Source: Candidatus Omnitrophota bacterium (GTDB lineage Bacteria > Omnitrophota > Gorgyraeia > Zapsychrales > Zapsychraceae). Taken from it: a stretch of 64,000 nt of DNA. This document shows, piece by piece, positions 9,218 to 17,480 of the stretch (position 1 is the stretch's first letter; the number at the start of each line of letters is the position of its first letter). Made by a program: the position numbers and the translations under genes. The DNA lies in the NCBI GenBank assembly GCA_015233405.1, contig JADFXT010000012.1, positions 2,075 to 66,074 on the forward strand, in the 5' to 3' direction. The notes below the pieces were generated by a model that had not been told where the DNA came from, made no database searches, and saw only the letters and a program-made list of their open reading frames with translations.

Positions 9218-9643
9218 ATGTTTTCTATAGAAGACATTAAAAGAGTTCTTCCTCAAACTTTTCCATTTCTTCTTATTGATCGTATTATTGATTTTAAGAA
9301 AGGCGAATCGCTGACGGCCGTTAAGAACATTACTGCCAACGAATGGGTGTTTGGCGACGGAGGCCATCCGTGCGATGTGTTTCCGGAGACTCTCTTGATC
9401 GAAGCCGCGGCGCAGACTGGATTGGCATTGTACGCTTTAAGCAAGAATTCATGCGCTCCTATAAAGTTAACAATTGGTAAAATTGACGGTTTTTTTAAAG
9501 AACAAGCAAAAGTTGGAGATCAATTAAAAATAACTGCTTTTGCAACAAAAATGATGACAAATTTAGGGTATATTAAGATAGAAATAACTTTAAGTGATTT
9601 AGAGATAGCGAATATTGATTTAATGTACAGCGCACGGAGATAA
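9218..9643 (+). CDS. FabZ/FabA-like hotdog-fold dehydratase (divergent)
   Basis: LPQTFPFLLIDRI, a candidate catalytic His in GDGGHP and Glu in LLIEAAAQTG. About 140 aa. GTG 9212 is an alternative start. Confidence 0.65.
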   Translation: MFSIEDIKRVLPQTFPFLLIDRIIDFKKGESLTAVKNITANEWVFGDGGHPCDVFPETLLIEAAAQTGLALYALSKNSCAPIKLTIGKIDGFFKEQAKVGDQLKITAFATKMMTNLGYIKIEITLSDLEIANIDLMYSARR

Positions 9644-9646
9644 ATA

Positions 9647-10873
9647 ATGAGTTATAATAGGAAAGAAAGAATTGTTGTTTCTGGTTTAGGCGTCATTTCC
9701 TCATTGGGTTTCAGTTGGCAAGAGTTTTGGAAGAACATTATAGCGGGAAAGTCTGGCATTAGTCAGATTGCTGCGTTTGACACTTCCAAGCATGATCGAC
9801 AATTCGCCGGAGAAATTAAAGATTTCGATCCCGCGCGATTTATGGACAAGCGTAAGGCCATGAAAATGGGTCGAGGGTCTCAATTAGCAATTGCAGCTAG
9901 CAGTTTTGCTTTAAAAGATGCCTGTTTTAATTTAAATGGTGATAAATGCAAAAGGATTGGAGTTTGTATTGGCACCACCATGGGTGAGCAACAAGTGATG
10001 GAAAAAATGAATGAACAATGCATTCCGCATAAAATGTCTTTTAAATATGAGGCTCTTTCGGCAATTTCCTATCCAGCATTTTCTTTGGCAAACCAAGTCT
10101 CGCTTTATTTTAAAATGGGACGGGAAACCGTTGTTTTCTCTAATGCCTGCGCATCTGGTAACCACGCGGTGGCGCGCTCACTCGATTTGATACGTTTAGG
10201 CAAAGCGGATTATATGTTGGCCGGTGGTTCAGATGCCTTGTCGCGCATTGCCTTTACCGGTTTCTCCCGGATGTTCGCCATGGCTCCGGAAAAATGCCAG
10301 CCGTTCGACAAGAGCCGTAAAGGTATGATACTCGGCGAAGGTGCAGGAATACTTTTTTTGGAAACGCTCGAGAGTGCATTGAAACGCAATGCTCATATTT
10401 ATGCGGAGGTTTTGGGTTATGGGTTATCCTGCGACGCCATACATATGACTGACCCAGCCGCCGATGGTGTCACCAAAGCTGTTCAAAAATCTTTGAAGCA
10501 TTCCGATATTAATCCGGATGATGTTGATTATTTCAGCGCTCACGGCACAGGTACCAAAGAGAATGACTCGACGGAATCTAAGGTTATCCATAATGTTTTT
10601 GGTAAAAGAGCTCAGGAAATCCCTGTAAGCTCGATCAAGTCCATGCTGGGGCACACGATGGGCGCGGCGTCTGCTCTTGAGACAATTGCGTGCTGTTTGG
10701 CGATTGATAAAGGAGAAATTCCGCCGACAATAAATTATGAAACGCCAGACCCTGAATGTCCAGTGTATTGTGTTCCGAATAAAAGTATAAAGCGTCAAGT
10801 CAAGGTCGCTTTAAATAATTCTCAGGCGTTTGGGGGGAATAATGCTGCGGTAGTATTAAAAAAAGTAATTTAA
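9647..10873 (+). CDS. Beta-ketoacyl-ACP synthase, FabF/FabB-like (KS1)
   Basis: Cys-His-His triad: SNACASGNHAV, SAHGTGT, LGHTMGAASALE. C-terminal NSQAFGGNNAAVVL. Confidence 0.85.
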   Translation: MSYNRKERIVVSGLGVISSLGFSWQEFWKNIIAGKSGISQIAAFDTSKHDRQFAGEIKDFDPARFMDKRKAMKMGRGSQLAIAASSFALKDACFNLNGDKCKRIGVCIGTTMGEQQVMEKMNEQCIPHKMSFKYEALSAISYPAFSLANQVSLYFKMGRETVVFSNACASGNHAVARSLDLIRLGKADYMLAGGSDALSRIAFTGFSRMFAMAPEKCQPFDKSRKGMILGEGAGILFLETLESALKRNAHIYAEVLGYGLSCDAIHMTDPAADGVTKAVQKSLKHSDINPDDVDYFSAHGTGTKENDSTESKVIHNVFGKRAQEIPVSSIKSMLGHTMGAASALETIACCLAIDKGEIPPTINYETPDPECPVYCVPNKSIKRQVKVALNNSQAFGGNNAAVVLKKVI

Positions 10874-10890
10874 AACAGGATGTTTATATT

Positions 10891-12516
10891 ATGAATTTAA
10901 TAAGGATATCTGGGTTGCTGACCGCCATTTCTAGTTTTTCTATAGCAGCTTTTATGCTTTTATATGGAGAGAAAAATAAACCCAAGAGTATTTTTTCTTG
11001 TATGTGCCTTTGTACTGGTGTGTGGGGATTAGGGTCCTATATGTTTACAGGCGTCTTAATTGGAGAAATGCATAAAGCGTTTCTGTGGGGCCAGTTTGCT
11101 TATACGGGAGTAATATTTATACCTATTTTTTATAGCCATTTTATTTTTAGTTTCTTAAAGTTAGAAAGAAAGATTTTAATCTTATTGATGTATTTCTTAG
11201 GGTGTATTTTTGTGCTTTCAAACTGGTTTTGGCCAAAATTATTTTTGACAGATTTCAGGTTTATGTATCAACAGTTTTATTGGCATGATTGGATTATTAG
11301 TAAAAGTTTAATTTATTTATTGTTTTATGTTGCTTTTTATTTGGTGCTTTTAGCCTATTCATTCTTTTTATTAATCAAAGGGTATCTGGCATCATCTGGA
11401 TCTCAAAAACATCAATTAAAATATTTTATTATAGCCTCTATTTTAGGATGGGTTGGTGGTGAGTGTAATTTCTTAATTGATTTTGGAATAAATATTTATC
11501 CTTTGCCAAACTTTTTGATTGGGATTTATCCGTTTGTCGCAGGATACTCAATCATCCGGTATGAGTTTCTAGATATAAAAGTTGTTTTAAAGAAAGGCGT
11601 TGTCTATTCCGTCTTGGCCACGGCCATTACAGCTGTTTATTTTATATTGGTGTTGTTGCTGGGCAAGTTTTTTCAGGGTGTCGTCGGATATGAATCTTTC
11701 TTTATTAATTTAATCGTGGTTTTTATTATTGCGGTTTTATTTAATCCCTTACGTGATGCTATCCAGCATTTCCTCGACAAGCGTTTTTTTGAAGGCACCT
11801 TGGAAAGCCTGGCGTTTGAACGTCGACGGCTTCAACAGGAGCTTTATCATAAAGAAAAATTAGCTTACGTTGGTCAGCTGGCAAGTTCGGTCGCGCATGA
11901 AATCAGGAATCCATTAACGGCTATTCAAACTTTTATTGAGTATCTTCCTAAGAAATATGAGGACAAGGAATTTCGCGAAAAGTTCGAGCAGATTGTGCCT
12001 AGAGAAATCGGCAGAATCCAGGGTGTTGTCAACAATCTTTTAGATCTTGCCAAACCGAAGAACCTTTTATTGTCGAAGACCGACATCCCTGTGCTTATAG
12101 ATTTGACGTTGGAACTTTTGGCTGATCAGATTGCTTTAAAGAATATTCAGGTCAAAAAAGAATACTCGAATAAAGGCGTTTCCGTCGAAGTTGATGACGC
12201 CCAAATGAAACAGGTTTTCCTCAATCTTTTCTTGAATTCTATCCAAGCTATGAGTGATGGTGGGATTTTAAGCCTGCGTACGACTCTTCACGGTGGACGC
12301 TTCACGATCTTTATTGAAGACACTGGCTGCGGCATGTCCGAAAGCCAATTAAAGAGTCTTTTTACTCCCTTTGAGACGACAAAGGAGACGGGCGTCGGCC
12401 TTGGGCTTGTGATTACACAGGAGATCATCAAAGCCCACGGCGGAACCATTGCAGTGGAAAGCAAATTAGGGCAGGGGACGAGGTTTATTATTCAATTGAA
12501 AAAGGAAATAAAATGA
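10891..12516 (+). CDS. Sensor histidine kinase with an N-terminal 7TM-type membrane domain (HK1)
   Basis: About 290 aa of hydrophobic helices. H-box SSVAHEIRNPL, N-box, G1 DTGCGM, G2 GVGLGL. Confidence 0.85.
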   Translation: MNLIRISGLLTAISSFSIAAFMLLYGEKNKPKSIFSCMCLCTGVWGLGSYMFTGVLIGEMHKAFLWGQFAYTGVIFIPIFYSHFIFSFLKLERKILILLMYFLGCIFVLSNWFWPKLFLTDFRFMYQQFYWHDWIISKSLIYLLFYVAFYLVLLAYSFFLLIKGYLASSGSQKHQLKYFIIASILGWVGGECNFLIDFGINIYPLPNFLIGIYPFVAGYSIIRYEFLDIKVVLKKGVVYSVLATAITAVYFILVLLLGKFFQGVVGYESFFINLIVVFIIAVLFNPLRDAIQHFLDKRFFEGTLESLAFERRRLQQELYHKEKLAYVGQLASSVAHEIRNPLTAIQTFIEYLPKKYEDKEFREKFEQIVPREIGRIQGVVNNLLDLAKPKNLLLSKTDIPVLIDLTLELLADQIALKNIQVKKEYSNKGVSVEVDDAQMKQVFLNLFLNSIQAMSDGGILSLRTTLHGGRFTIFIEDTGCGMSESQLKSLFTPFETTKETGVGLGLVITQEIIKAHGGTIAVESKLGQGTRFIIQLKKEIK

Positions 12517-13922
12517 AAAAAAATAAATTTGAAGTAATTATTATTGGCGCAGGGATTGGCGGTTTAATTTGCGCAAACTATTTGGCAAAAAAAGGAGTAA
12601 AAGTCTTAATTGTTGAAAAAAACCCTAATGCTGGGGGGTACTGTCGTTCGTTTAAAATACGCGATTACTTTTTTGATATGTGTGTGCATTCTTTAGGGGG
12701 TTTTTCTAAAAAGAGTAAGATTTATGAGATTTTTAAAGATTTGAATATGAAAAATTTAGATTTAATACGTATTAATCCATCCGACACTGTAATTACGCCT
12801 GATTTAAAAATGGAATTTCATAATGAATTAAGAACTACTATTAATGGTTTAATAAAACTTTTCCCCAAAGAGAAAAAAAACATAGCTTTATTTTTTAAGA
12901 ATTTTGTTTTAGCTAAAGACCTGCGGTCGGTCTCAAGGTGCCATAAAAAAAGTTTTAGGCAGATTTTAGATGAGAGTTTTGAAGATGAAAGATTGAAGAA
13001 AATTTTTTCGATTTTTGTTATTGGAAATATGGGCGTTTCTCCCTTTGAGGCTTCTGCCTTTTCTTCGTGTAAGCATATAGATCAATTTATAATTGATGGC
13101 GGCTATTATCCGAAAAAAGGCATGCAAGTATTTGCAAACATTTTGGCAAGAAAATTTCAAGAATACGGTGGTAAGGTTTTGTTTTCAAAAGAGGCTACTA
13201 AAATAGTAGTAAAAAATAATTCCGTACAAGGTTTGGAGTTGGATAGAAAAATGCACTTTGATGCAGATTTTATTGTTTCCGATGCAGACGCAAGATCGAC
13301 ATTGTTTAATTTGATTGGTAAGCGTTTTTTGAAAAAAAGCTTAATTAATAAGGTTAATTTAATGAAAGAGTCTTCTTCTTTATTTGTCGTTTATTATGGA
13401 TTAAAAAAAAATTCTTTACGGGTTCTTCAAGATCGCGTTAACACATGGTTTATTTTAGAATATGACTTTGAACAGACAGCAGAAAAAAACAAAAATAACA
13501 ATTTTAAAATAAAATGGTTAATGATTCGTCCAAATTATCGGTCAAGGAATTTAACGGCGTTTATTCGTGTTGATTTTAAATCCCATAGTTTTTGGCTAAA
13601 AAATAAGAAGAAATATATAGAATATATTACTAAAATTATAAATAATATCGATTCTCGAATATTGAATGATGTTGAATATGTAAATTGTGCCACCCCAAGC
13701 TTATTTAATCGTTGGACTCTAAATAGCAAGGGTGCGGCATATGGCTGGGCTAGTACAAAAGGTCAATTTATGGTGCCAGAATTTTTAAGGGACAAAATAG
13801 TAAAGAATTTGTTTTTTTGTGGGCATTGGAGCTCCTTTGGCCCTGGCGTTCCAGGTGTCTCAATCAGTGGAGAAAGAGTTGCTAAAATAATTTTAGATAG
13901 AATTCATAAAGAAAGAAAATAA
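12513..13922 (+). CDS. FAD-dependent oxidoreductase, phytoene-desaturase (CrtI) family-like
   Basis: N-terminal dinucleotide fold VIIIGAGIGGL..LIVEKNPNAGG. C-terminal FFCGHWSSFGPGVPGVSISG. ATGA overlap with HK1. Confidence 0.75.
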   Translation: MKKNKFEVIIIGAGIGGLICANYLAKKGVKVLIVEKNPNAGGYCRSFKIRDYFFDMCVHSLGGFSKKSKIYEIFKDLNMKNLDLIRINPSDTVITPDLKMEFHNELRTTINGLIKLFPKEKKNIALFFKNFVLAKDLRSVSRCHKKSFRQILDESFEDERLKKIFSIFVIGNMGVSPFEASAFSSCKHIDQFIIDGGYYPKKGMQVFANILARKFQEYGGKVLFSKEATKIVVKNNSVQGLELDRKMHFDADFIVSDADARSTLFNLIGKRFLKKSLINKVNLMKESSSLFVVYYGLKKNSLRVLQDRVNTWFILEYDFEQTAEKNKNNNFKIKWLMIRPNYRSRNLTAFIRVDFKSHSFWLKNKKKYIEYITKIINNIDSRILNDVEYVNCATPSLFNRWTLNSKGAAYGWASTKGQFMVPEFLRDKIVKNLFFCGHWSSFGPGVPGVSISGERVAKIILDRIHKERK

Positions 13923-15235
13923 TGATTTTCAAAAAAAAGAATAAAAGGGCTTTAGTAATTACTGGTTTAGGGCCAATCTGTTCTACTGGGATAGGTAAAA
14001 AGCATTTTTGGCAAGGAATTTTAAATCGAAAAACCAATATTGTTGAGCGTTCGTATTTTTTTAAAAAACATACTAAGAATAAATTTTTTGTTCATGAGGT
14101 AAGAGATTTTTCTATTAAAGATTTTAATATTGATAGGAATAAGTTAAATGAGTTGTATGCTTGGCGAGACAAAAATGAATTGAGCAAGGATGTCAGCTAT
14201 CTTCTGGCGTCTATTCAGTTAGCTATACAAGATGGCGACTTGTCATATAAAAAAGATAAAAACAATATTGGTCTTGTTGTTTTTCACGAAAATTTGGGAT
14301 TAGGCCCTTTTTATGACGAAATCGTAAAATTAATTCGGGAAAATCAAAAACTTTTCTCGAATAAAAATTTTCAAGATAGCGACATAGTCCCCTTAATTTA
14401 TTTTGGCCTTAAAAAAAGCGGGTATAACCTTCAAAATTTTGTATCTTTACATGAAATTGCAAGAATTTTTAATCTTCATGGTTTTACCCTTTTTATTAAT
14501 AATGCGTGTTGTTCAGGGCTTTATGCTTTAGAAGTAGCTGCTGATATTATTCGAAGCGGAAAGTCCAAGTCCGTCCTTATCGCTGGATCTGATTCTGGGG
14601 ATATTTATAAACATTTATGGTTTAATGATTTGGGGCTTTATTCGCCTGATGGAGTCATCAGGCCTTTTGCCGAAAATAGGAATGGGTTTATTTTTGGAGA
14701 GAGTGGGGGAGCAATGCTTATGGAGGACTATGAGCATGCTAAACAAAGAGGTGCCAATATTTATGCTGAATATTGTGGAGGGAGCTTTTTATCTGAATCG
14801 TGGAAAATAAACCACCCGGCTATTGCTGAGAATTATTATTCTCAGGTAATTGAAGGCGCCCTTCAGAGAAGTAAGATTAAGGTTTCTGACATTGATTTAA
14901 TCTGCCCCCATGGAACAGGAACAATTGTTTTCGATATTTATGAGGCGATGAATATTAAAAAAGTATTCGGAGAGAAATTTCCTAAACCATACATAACTGC
15001 TCTTAAGCCTTATTTTGGCCACTGTCTTGGAAATAGCGCCTTTCTTGAGTCTATAGCTGCCCTGCTTGTTTTAAAGAATAATGTCATTCCGCCCACGCTT
15101 AATATTCCAGAAAATGATGATACATTTGGACTCCGAGTGATCAGAGATAAGGTTCCCACAAATATTAATTATGTAATAAAAACATGTTCTGCCTTCGCGG
15201 GATTTGATGGCGCTGTAATTTTTAAGAAAGTTTAA
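13922..15235 (+). CDS. Divergent beta-ketoacyl synthase (KS2)
   Basis: Cys-His-His triad: NNACCSGLYAL, CPHGTGT, FGHCLGNSAFLE. TAATG overlap with the upstream gene. Very AT-rich coding sequence. Confidence 0.75.
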   Translation: MIFKKKNKRALVITGLGPICSTGIGKKHFWQGILNRKTNIVERSYFFKKHTKNKFFVHEVRDFSIKDFNIDRNKLNELYAWRDKNELSKDVSYLLASIQLAIQDGDLSYKKDKNNIGLVVFHENLGLGPFYDEIVKLIRENQKLFSNKNFQDSDIVPLIYFGLKKSGYNLQNFVSLHEIARIFNLHGFTLFINNACCSGLYALEVAADIIRSGKSKSVLIAGSDSGDIYKHLWFNDLGLYSPDGVIRPFAENRNGFIFGESGGAMLMEDYEHAKQRGANIYAEYCGGSFLSESWKINHPAIAENYYSQVIEGALQRSKIKVSDIDLICPHGTGTIVFDIYEAMNIKKVFGEKFPKPYITALKPYFGHCLGNSAFLESIAALLVLKNNVIPPTLNIPENDDTFGLRVIRDKVPTNINYVIKTCSAFAGFDGAVIFKKV

Positions 15236-15243
15236 TAACTCTT

Positions 15244-17460
15244 ATGAATTATCTTTTTGTGTATTCTAGCCTTGTATTAATTTGCACGTGTTTATTCTTG
15301 TGCTTTCTAATATTTAAGTTTGGAAAGAGTAAATTACATACAATTTGGGCCCTTTTTAATCTCTCTGTTGCTTGGTGGGGTGTGGGGATGTTTTTAGTTG
15401 GCATAACAAAAGAGCCTGGTCTGGCTTTAAAGTATTGGCGATTTGCTCATGTTGGGGGTCTTTTTATTCCTGTTTTCTTTATGCATGTTGCGCTAATTTT
15501 ATCAAATTTAAAACACAGGGTTTGGTTATTTGCGACTTATAGTATCAGTTTTTTCTTCGCCCTAGCTGCTGTTTTAGCTCCAACAAGTTTATATATATCA
15601 TCACCACATATTGTTTTTGAATCAATTTTATATGTTAAAGCGGAAAATAATTTATATATACTCTCTGTCTTTTGGTGGCTAGTTGTTCTAATTTATGGTA
15701 TTGGGAGTTTGCTCTATTGTTTTAAATCAAGGCCGTTTGTTAAACGTGCTCAAATTGTTTATTTCTTGATAGGAGTGACTATTGGTTTTTCTGGGGGAGT
15801 TACTTATTTCCTTCCGATGTTTGGCTTCAAAATATATCCTATCGGAAATTTTACTATACCAATATATTGTTTAATCGTAACCTATGCGATACTAAAACAC
15901 AGATTATTGGATATTAGAATTGCCATCACCCGTACCGGTATTTTTGTTGTTGTGTATTCGTTGGTCCTTGGCCTTCCATTTGCCATTGGTTTTGGCTGGC
16001 AGGAGATGCTTAAGAGTGTTCTTGGAAAAAATTGGTGGATGATACCGCTCATAGCGTCAACTGCCCTTGCCACGGCTGGACCATATATTTATTTATATAT
16101 CCAGAAAAGAGCTGAAGATCGGCTTCTTAAAGAGCAGCATCTTTATCAAAATACCTTACGCCGGGCCTCTTTGGGCATGGGACGGATCAAGAACCTTAAA
16201 AGACTTTTGGAGCTTATTGTCCATATCGTCGCGCGCACGGTCAGAATTGAACATTGCTCGATCTATCTTCTGCACGAGGATTCCAACCAATACACTCTAA
16301 GAGCGCTAAAAGGAGTGGTTGAGCATCAGCCAAACCAAAAGGCATCAATCGTGCCGAGCGTTTTTCCTCTTGATTCGCCGCTGGTCAAGCATATCAAGAA
16401 AGTTAAGGAGCCTATTGTTTACGACGAGATTAGCCAGCAGGGCCAGGATTTTGCGAACAAAGATCTGCAGGTGGTTGAGGCGGAGATGAGGTGTTTAGGC
16501 GCGGCGTTAATTGTCCCGAGCTATATTGAAGAGCGGCTGATTTCCATTCTTGTTTTGGGCAAGAAAAAGTCGGGTAAGATCTATAGCCACGACGATATCG
16601 TGGTGTTCTCCATTTTGGCGAACCAGTCCGGCCTGGCTATTGAGAACGCCCAATTTTATGAAGACACCAAACGCACGCACGAGCAGCTTTTTAAGGCCGA
16701 GAAGATGGCGACCATCGGGACCATGGCCGACGGGCTGTCGCACCAGATCAATAACCGGCTTCATGCCATGGGGTTTATTGCCGGCGATGCTTTGGACACG
16801 ATAAAACTTAAAAAGGAAAAAGGCGTTTCCCCAGATGATAAGGAAATGGTCGATGAGGTCGAGCATGCGCTTAACAGAATTCAGGATAACGTCAAGCGCG
16901 GCGGGCAGGTTGTCGAGGGGCTTTTGAAATATACGCGTAAAGGTTCCGAAGGTTTTGAGCCGGTTGTTTTGGGTAAGGTCCTCGAGGCGGCGCTTGAAAT
17001 GGCGCAGTTTAAAATTAAGCTTAATCAATTTCAAATGATCAAGAATTTCGATCCCGATATTCCGCCGGTCCTGGCCAATTTTACTCAGCTTCAGGAGGTG
17101 CTTTTTAATATTATTGATAATTCCTATGATTCCATGATGCAGAAGAAGACCACGTTATTGGACCCGAATTATCAACCGACGCTGCAGATTTACGCCATCA
17201 AGCGAGGGCGGAAACTTGAAATTGTTTTTAAAGATAACGGTATGGGCATTAAAAAGGAAGACGTTAATAAGCTTTTTACGCCGTTTTTTACGACCAAGGC
17301 TTCGAGCAAAAAAGGTACGGGCTTGGGGCTTTATGTCATCCGCCAGATCATTGAGGAGAACCACGGTGGAAAGGTAACTTTTACAGGCGAGCATATGCAA
17401 GGCGCGCAGACTCAGCTTCTTCTACCCGTGGCGGGGGAAGAGGGTGAGGAAGCTGTTTAA
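15244..17460 (+). CDS. Sensor histidine kinase, 7TM membrane domain + GAF-like + kinase core (HK2)
   Basis: Hydrophobic N-terminal third. The central region is homologous to HK3. H-box GLSHQINNRL, DNGMGI, GTGLGL. Confidence 0.85.
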   Translation: MNYLFVYSSLVLICTCLFLCFLIFKFGKSKLHTIWALFNLSVAWWGVGMFLVGITKEPGLALKYWRFAHVGGLFIPVFFMHVALILSNLKHRVWLFATYSISFFFALAAVLAPTSLYISSPHIVFESILYVKAENNLYILSVFWWLVVLIYGIGSLLYCFKSRPFVKRAQIVYFLIGVTIGFSGGVTYFLPMFGFKIYPIGNFTIPIYCLIVTYAILKHRLLDIRIAITRTGIFVVVYSLVLGLPFAIGFGWQEMLKSVLGKNWWMIPLIASTALATAGPYIYLYIQKRAEDRLLKEQHLYQNTLRRASLGMGRIKNLKRLLELIVHIVARTVRIEHCSIYLLHEDSNQYTLRALKGVVEHQPNQKASIVPSVFPLDSPLVKHIKKVKEPIVYDEISQQGQDFANKDLQVVEAEMRCLGAALIVPSYIEERLISILVLGKKKSGKIYSHDDIVVFSILANQSGLAIENAQFYEDTKRTHEQLFKAEKMATIGTMADGLSHQINNRLHAMGFIAGDALDTIKLKKEKGVSPDDKEMVDEVEHALNRIQDNVKRGGQVVEGLLKYTRKGSEGFEPVVLGKVLEAALEMAQFKIKLNQFQMIKNFDPDIPPVLANFTQLQEVLFNIIDNSYDSMMQKKTTLLDPNYQPTLQIYAIKRGRKLEIVFKDNGMGIKKEDVNKLFTPFFTTKASSKKGTGLGLYVIRQIIEENHGGKVTFTGEHMQGAQTQLLLPVAGEEGEEAV

Positions 17461-17480
17461 AATATAAAAGGGATCAATAG

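Noticed and set aside
16507-17034. Long antisense or alternative-frame ORFs: 16507-17034(-), 18101-18565(+), 26938-27420(-), 29529-30032(-), 41357-41857(-), 57365-57829(-), 4117-4506(-).
   Set aside because: Each lies fully within a gene that has clear family motifs on the other strand or frame. They have low-complexity or Arg/Ser-rich translations and no RBS.
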